Of a DNA stretch of 64,000 nt, positions 58,316 through 64,000 are shown one piece after another. How positions within the stretch are numbered: position 1 is the first letter of the stretch; every line of letters begins with the position of its first letter. Origin of the DNA: Mobula hypostoma (lineage: Eukaryota). The notes beneath the pieces were generated by a model, which did not search any database, was not told where the DNA came from, and saw nothing but the letters and a program-made list of their open reading frames with translations. The stretch is from the NCBI RefSeq assembly GCF_963921235.1, contig NC_086097.1, positions 241,306,001 through 241,370,000 of the forward strand, read 5' to 3'. The translations under genes and the position numbers were made by a program.

Positions 58316-61300
58316 CTCCATACCGTACTGGATGTAGCACTTCAGATAGACGGGTTCTCTATACACTGCCAAGATAGGACTGCCGAGTCTCTCAAAAGCA
58401 GAGCTGGTGGTGTATGCCTCATGAGCTGCCCCCTGTGGTGTACTAATGTGTCGGTGATGTCCAAATTTTACTCACCAGACCTGGAATATTTCACAACCAA
58501 GTGCCATCCATCTTACCAGCTATGGGAGATTTCTGCGATCATTTTGGAAGCGGTGTACATTCCACCTCAGGCCAACGTCAGACAGGCTCTAGATGATCTG
58601 AGTGATGTGATCAACAGACACAAAACAGCACACTGATGTCTTCCTCATCATTTTGGAGGATTTTAACCAGGCCAGCTTGAAAAAGCCATGAAATAATTAT
58701 CATCAACAATCACTTATAGCACCAGAGGAAACAACACACTGGACCACTGTTACACCACCATCAAGAATGCCTACTGTGCTATTCCATGCCCTCACTTTGG
58801 GAAGTCTGATCACTAGGCTGTACTTCTACTCCCTGAGTATAGGCAGAGACTGAAGACTGCAGCACCAGTAGTGAGGACCAAGAAGGTATGGACAAGGGAA
58901 GCACAGGAGCACTTACAGGACTGCTTTGAATCGGTGGACTGGACTGTATTCAGGGATTCATCTTCGAATCCAAATGAGTATGCTGCCGTTGTTACTGATG
59001 TCATTAAAACCTGTGTGGATGAGTGTGTGCATATGAAAACTGGCTGTACATTTCCAAACCAAAAGCCATGGATGAACCAGGAGGTTTGTCATCTGCTGAG
59101 GGCTAGATCTATGGCACTTAAGTCTGGTGACCAAGGCCTGTACAAGAAAACCCAATAAGTCTTGCGGAGAGCTACTCAAGAGTGAGAAAACAATTCCTTG
59201 TGAGGTTGGAGGTGACATCAGATACACGTCAGCTCTGGCAGGGTTTGGAGAACATTACTTCCTACAAAGCGAAACCCATGAATGGCAGCGATGCTTCACT
59301 ACCAGACGAGCTCAACTCCTCACTTTGAAAGGGAGAATATAACTACAGTTGTGAAGATCCCTGCTCCACCCGGTGATCCTGTGATCCCTGTCTTGGAGGC
59401 CAATGATAGGCTGCCTTTCCGGATATTGAACCCTCACAAGGCAGTAGGCCCCGATAGAGTTCTTGCTAAGGATCTGAAAACTTGTGCCAACCCAACTTGC
59501 AGGTGTATTCAAGGACATTTTCAACCCCTCATGGCTACAGTCAGAAGTTCCCATAACTATACCGGTGCCTAAGAAGTGTAGTGTGAGCTGCCTTAATGAC
59601 TATCGCCCAGTGGTACTCACACCTACAGTGATGAAATGCTTTGAGAGGCTGGTCATGGCTAGAATCAACTCCTGCCTCAGCAAGAACCTGGACCCACTGC
59701 ACTTTGCCTATCGCCACAATAGGTCAATAGCAGACGCAATCTCAATAGATCTTCAAGCGGCCTTAGTTCACCCGGACAATATAAGCACCTATGTCAGGAT
59801 GCTGTTCGTTGGCTATAGCTCAGTGTTTAACACCATCGTTCTTACAGCCCTGATAGATACGTTACAGAACCTGGGCCTCTGTACCTCTCTTCGCAATTGG
59901 ATCCTCAACTTCCTAACTAGAAGTCCACAATCTGTATGGGTAATATTTCCTCCTCACTGATGATCAGCACTGATGCACCTCAGGGATGTGCACTTAACTC
60001 TCTCTATACACATGACTGTGCGCTAGGCATAGCTCAAATGCCATCTATAAATTTGCTGATGACCAAAGAGCTGATGGTAGACTTCAGAAAGTGTAGGGTG
60101 AGTGAACATGAACCAATCTTGGTTCCCACCAGCGCCTCTACTTCCTGAGAAAGCTAAAGAAATTTGGCCTGTCCTCTAAAACCCTCACTAATCTTTATAG
60201 ATGCACTGTAAAAAGCATTCTTCTAGGGTGCATCACAACCTGGTATGGAAGTTGTCCTGTCCAAGACCAGACGAAGCTGCAGAAGATCATGAACACAGCC
60301 CAGCACATCACACTAACCAACCTTCCGTCCTTGGACTCACTTTACACCGCACGCTGTCGGAGCAGTGCTGCCAGGATAATCAAGGACACGACCCACCCAG
60401 CCAACACACTTTTCGTCCCTCTTCCCTCCGGGAGAAGGCTCAGGAGCTTGAAGACTCATATGGCCAGATTTGGGAACAGCTTCTTTCCAACTGTGATAAG
60501 ACTGCTGAACGGATCCTGACCCAGATCTGGGTCGTACTCTCCAAATATCCAGACCTGCCTCTCAGTTTTTTTTTGCACTACCTTATTTTCCCTTTTTTAT
60601 TTTCTATTTATGATTTATATTTTAAATTTTTAATATTTATTATTGATTTGTACTCCAGGGAGCGCGAAGCGCAGAATCAAATATCGCTGCGATGATTGTA
60701 TGCTCTAGTATCAATTGTTTGGCGACAATAAAGTATAAAGATCCTGGATCAGAACTGGAGAGTGCACAATTTCAAGTTCCTGGGTGTCAAGATCTCTGAG
60801 GATGTAACTTGGTCCCAACATATTGATGCAACTATAAAGAAGGCAAGACAGTGACTATACTTCATTAGGAGTTTGAGGAGATTTGGTTTTGTCACCTAAA
60901 ACATTCGAGAACTTCTACAGATGTACTGTGGAGAGCATTCTGACAGGTTGCATCACCGTCTGGTATGGGCAGGGATACTTCACAGGATCGAGAGAAGCTA
61001 CAAAAAGTTATAAAATTAGACAGCTTCATCTTGGGTACAAGTCTCCATAGTATCCAAGACATCTTCAAGGAACAGTGCCTCAGAGAGGCTGTGTCAATCA
61101 TTAAGGACCTGCACCACCCTGGATATACCTTCTTCTCATAGTTACCATCAGGAAGGAAGTACAGAAGCCTGAAGACACACAATCAGCGATTCAGGAACAG
61201 CTTCTTCCCCTCTGCCATCCGATTCCTAGATGGACATTGAACCCTTGGACATTAGCTTACTTTTATTATTTCTGTTTTCACACTGTTTTTAATTTAACCA

Positions 61301-61410
61301 TTTAATATACATATATGTACTTTAATTAATTTACTTATTTATTTATTTTTCTACATTTATCATGTACTGCATTGTATTGCTGCCACTAAGGAACAAATTT
61401 CACGACATAC
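58316..61410 (+). mobile_element. Rex1/Babar-type LINE with endonuclease and RT remnants, interrupted at 60121-60740
   Basis: GGVCLM, AVYIPPQA, EDFNQA, LDHCY, GKSDH (APE); [24 protein letters not shown]; resumes FKFLGVKISED at about 60770. Confidence 0.88.
60121..60740 (+). mobile_element. Young Rex1/Babar-type 3' fragment
   Basis: HQRLYFLRKLKKF...IIKDTTHPANTLFVPLPSGRRLRS...FFPTVIRLLN; CpGs retained; AATAAAGTATAAAG tail. Confidence 0.85.
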
Positions 61411-61412
61411 TA

Positions 61413-62905
61413 TTCAATAGACAATAGGTGCAGAAGTAGACCATTCGGCCCTTCGAGCCTGCACCGCTATTCTGAGATCATGGCTGATCATCTACTATCA
61501 ATACCCGGTTCCTGCCTTGTCCCCATAACCCTTGATTCCCCTATCCATAAGATACCCATCTAGCTCCTTCTTGAAAGCATCCAGAGAATTGGCCTCCACT
61601 GCCTTCTGAGGCAGCACGTTCCACACCTCCACAACTCTCTGGGAGAAGAAGTTCCTCCTCAACTCTGTCCTAAATGACCTACCCCTTATTCTTAAACCAT
61701 GCCCTCTGGTACTGGACTCTCCCAGCATCTGGAACATATTTGCTGCCTCTATCTTGTCCAATCCCTTAATAATCTTATATGTCTCAGTCAGATCCCCCCC
61801 TCAATCTCCTTAATTCCAGCGTGTACAAGCCCAGTCTCTCTAACCTCTCTCCGTAAGGCAGTCCGGACATCCCAGGAATTAACCTAGTGAACCTACACTG
61901 CACCTCCTCCACAGCCGGGATGTCCTTCCTTAACCCTGGAGACCAAAACTGCACACAATACTCCAGGTGTGGTCTCACCAGGACCCTGTGCAAATGCAAA
62001 AGGATTTCCTTGCTTTTGTACTCAATTCCCTTTGTCATAAAAGCCAACATTCCATTAGCCTTCTTCACTGCCTGCTGCACTTGCTCATTCACCTTCAGAG
62101 ACTGATGAACAAGTACTCCTAGATCTCGTTGTATTTCTCCCTTACCTAACTCCACACCATTCAGATAATAATCTGCCTTCCTGTTCTTGCTCCCAAAGTG
62201 AATAACTTCACACTTATTCACATTAAGCACCATCTGCCAAGTTTCTGCCCACTTACCCAGCCTGTCCAAGTCATCTTGAATTCTCCTAACATCTTCATCA
62301 CATGTCACACTGCCACCCAGCTTAGTATCATCAGCAAACTTGCTGATGTTATTCACAATCCCTTCCTCTAAATCATTGACGTAAATCGTAAACAGCTGTG
62401 GTCCCAATACCGAGCCCTGTGGCATCCCACTAGTCACCACCTGCCATTCTGAGAAACACCCATTCACTGCTACCCTTTGCTTTCTATCTGCCAACCAGTT
62501 TTCTATCCATGTCAATATCCTCCCCCCCAATGCCATGAGCTCTGATTTTACCCACCAATTTCCTATGTGGTACCTTATCAAATGCCTTCTGAAAGTCAAG
62601 GTACGCCACATCCACTGGATCTCTCGCGTCTATCTTCCTGATTACATCCTCAAAAAACTCCAATAGATTAGTCAAGCATGATTTGCCCTTGGTAAATCCA
62701 TGCTGACTCGGCCCAATCCTATCACTGTTATCAAGATATGCCGCTATTTCATCTTTAATAATGGACTCTAGCATCTTCCCCACTACTGATGTTAGGCTAA
62801 CAGGGCGATAGTTCTCTGTTTTCTCCCTCCCTCCTTTCTTAAAAAGTGGGATAACATTAGCCATTCGCCAATCCTCAGGAACTGATCCTGAATCTAAGGA
62901 ACATT
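61413..62905 (-). mobile_element. Young 5'-truncated CR1
   Basis: PEDWRMANV, NYRPVSLTSVVGK, YLDFQKAFDKVPH, GMPQGSVLGP, KFADDTKL; CAATAGACAATAGG tail. Confidence 0.93.
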
Positions 62906-63490
62906 GGCATAATATGAATAGGAAGAGCCAGCATGGCTTTGTCAAAGGCAGGTCGTGCCTTATGAACCTGATTGAATTTTTTGAGGATGTGACTAAACAC
63001 ATTGATGAAGGAAGAGCAGTAGATGTAGTGTATATGCATTTTAGCAAGGCACTTGATAAGGTACTCCATGCAAGACTTATTGAGAATGTAAGGAGGCATG
63101 GGATCATAGGGGACATTGCTTTGTGGATTCAGAACTGGCTTGCCCACAGAAGACAAAGAGTGGTTGTTGATGGGTCATATTCTGCATGGAGGCTGGTGAC
63201 CAGTGGTTTGCCTCAGGGATCTGTTCTGGGACTCCTACTCTTTGTGATTTTTATAAATGTTCTGGATAAGGAAATGGAGGGATGGGTTAGTAAATTTGAT
63301 GATGACACAAAGGTTGGGAGGTGTTGTGGATATTGTGGAGGGCTGTCAGGGGTTACAGTGGGACATCGATGGGATGCAAAACGGGGCTGAGAAGTGGCAG
63401 ATGGAGTTCAACCCAGATAAGTGTGAGGTGGTTCATTTTGGTAGATCAAATATGACGGCAGAATATAGTATTAATGGTAAGACTCTTGAG
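62906..63490 (+). mobile_element. Internal CR1 RT fragment, head-to-head with the preceding CR1
   Basis: SQHGFVKGRSCLMNLIEFFE...GLPQGSVLG...SKFDDDTKVG; no own 3' tail. Confidence 0.88.
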
Positions 63491-63714
63491 AGTATGAAAC
63501 GCGCTGTCAGCGCAATGATGTTTGCGAGCTCGATTTCAACATCTGAGAGAAGTTTGGATAGGTACATGGATAGTAGGGGTATGGAAGGCTATAGTCCTGG
63601 TGCAAGTCATTGGGGGAAGGCAGTTTACATGGTTTCAGCATGGATTAGATGGGCTGAATGGCCTGTTTCTGTGCACCGGTCTTCTCTATAACTACAACTC
63701 TCTAAATATACCTA

Positions 63715-63960
63715 ATGATTTGAACCCCACAGATTCCCCACCCTGGGGCTAAAGAAATTCTTCCTCATCTCTGCTCTAAAGGGACATCCTGCTATTCTGC
63801 GACTGTGCTCTCTGGTGCTAGACTCCCCCAGTACAGGAAATATTTCCTCCACATCCACTGTATCTAGGTCTTACAATATTCAATAGCTTTCACCGAAATC
63901 ACCACTCATTCTTCTAAATTCCAGTGAGTACAGGTCCAGAGCCATCAAATACTGCTCATG
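63715..63960 (-). mobile_element. CR1 3'-region fragment; a Penelope-like terminus starts at about 63965 and runs off the window
   Basis: Antisense MRKNFFSPRVGNLW; CCTGCAGATGCTGGGAAATC matches the 38675 region. Confidence 0.7.
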
Positions 63961-64000
63961 CATTCACAGGCGAGAGAAAACCTGCAGATGCTGGGAAATC

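Noticed and set aside
62484..63116. 210-aa ORF
   Set aside because: Antisense of one CR1 read into the sense frame of another.
1..64000. Prokaryotic RT-based systems (retron, DGR, group II intron, defence loci)
   Set aside because: All RT motifs belong to eukaryotic non-LTR clades with their typical tails; there is no operon structure.

Overview
Eukaryotic, CpG-depleted, transposon-saturated intergenic or intronic DNA. The repeat mix (CR1, Rex1/Babar-type, L1 and RTE-derived non-LTR elements, Penelope-like GIY-YIG fragments, tRNA-derived SINEs) suggests a cartilaginous fish, probably a ray. That is an inference from family recognition, not a database match. No host protein-coding gene can be supported, and every long ORF is a retrotransposon ORF, a chimera at a nesting junction, or low-complexity. 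Main items: (1) a full-length decayed L1 (19498-25085) with a clean 14-16 bp TSD at a TT/AAAA site; (2) a young 5'-truncated CR1 with a 597-codon ORF inside a multi-layer TE nest (31845-36800); (3) Penelope-type minimal hammerhead ribozyme motifs, including fold-back dimers; (4) about five short non-coding RTE-derived families, one with a strongly base-paired 5' domain; (5) a composite Tc1/mariner-type element whose termini are two inverted mini-hairpin MITEs; (6) a candidate solo LTR with a poly(A)-signal hairpin; (7) a few TE-free islands with enhancer-like motif clusters. I found no convincing new protein-based system. The best novelty candidates are the structured-RNA/ribozyme elements and the composite MITE. 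Boundaries of old repeats are approximate (tens of bp), and family names come from motif recognition only.
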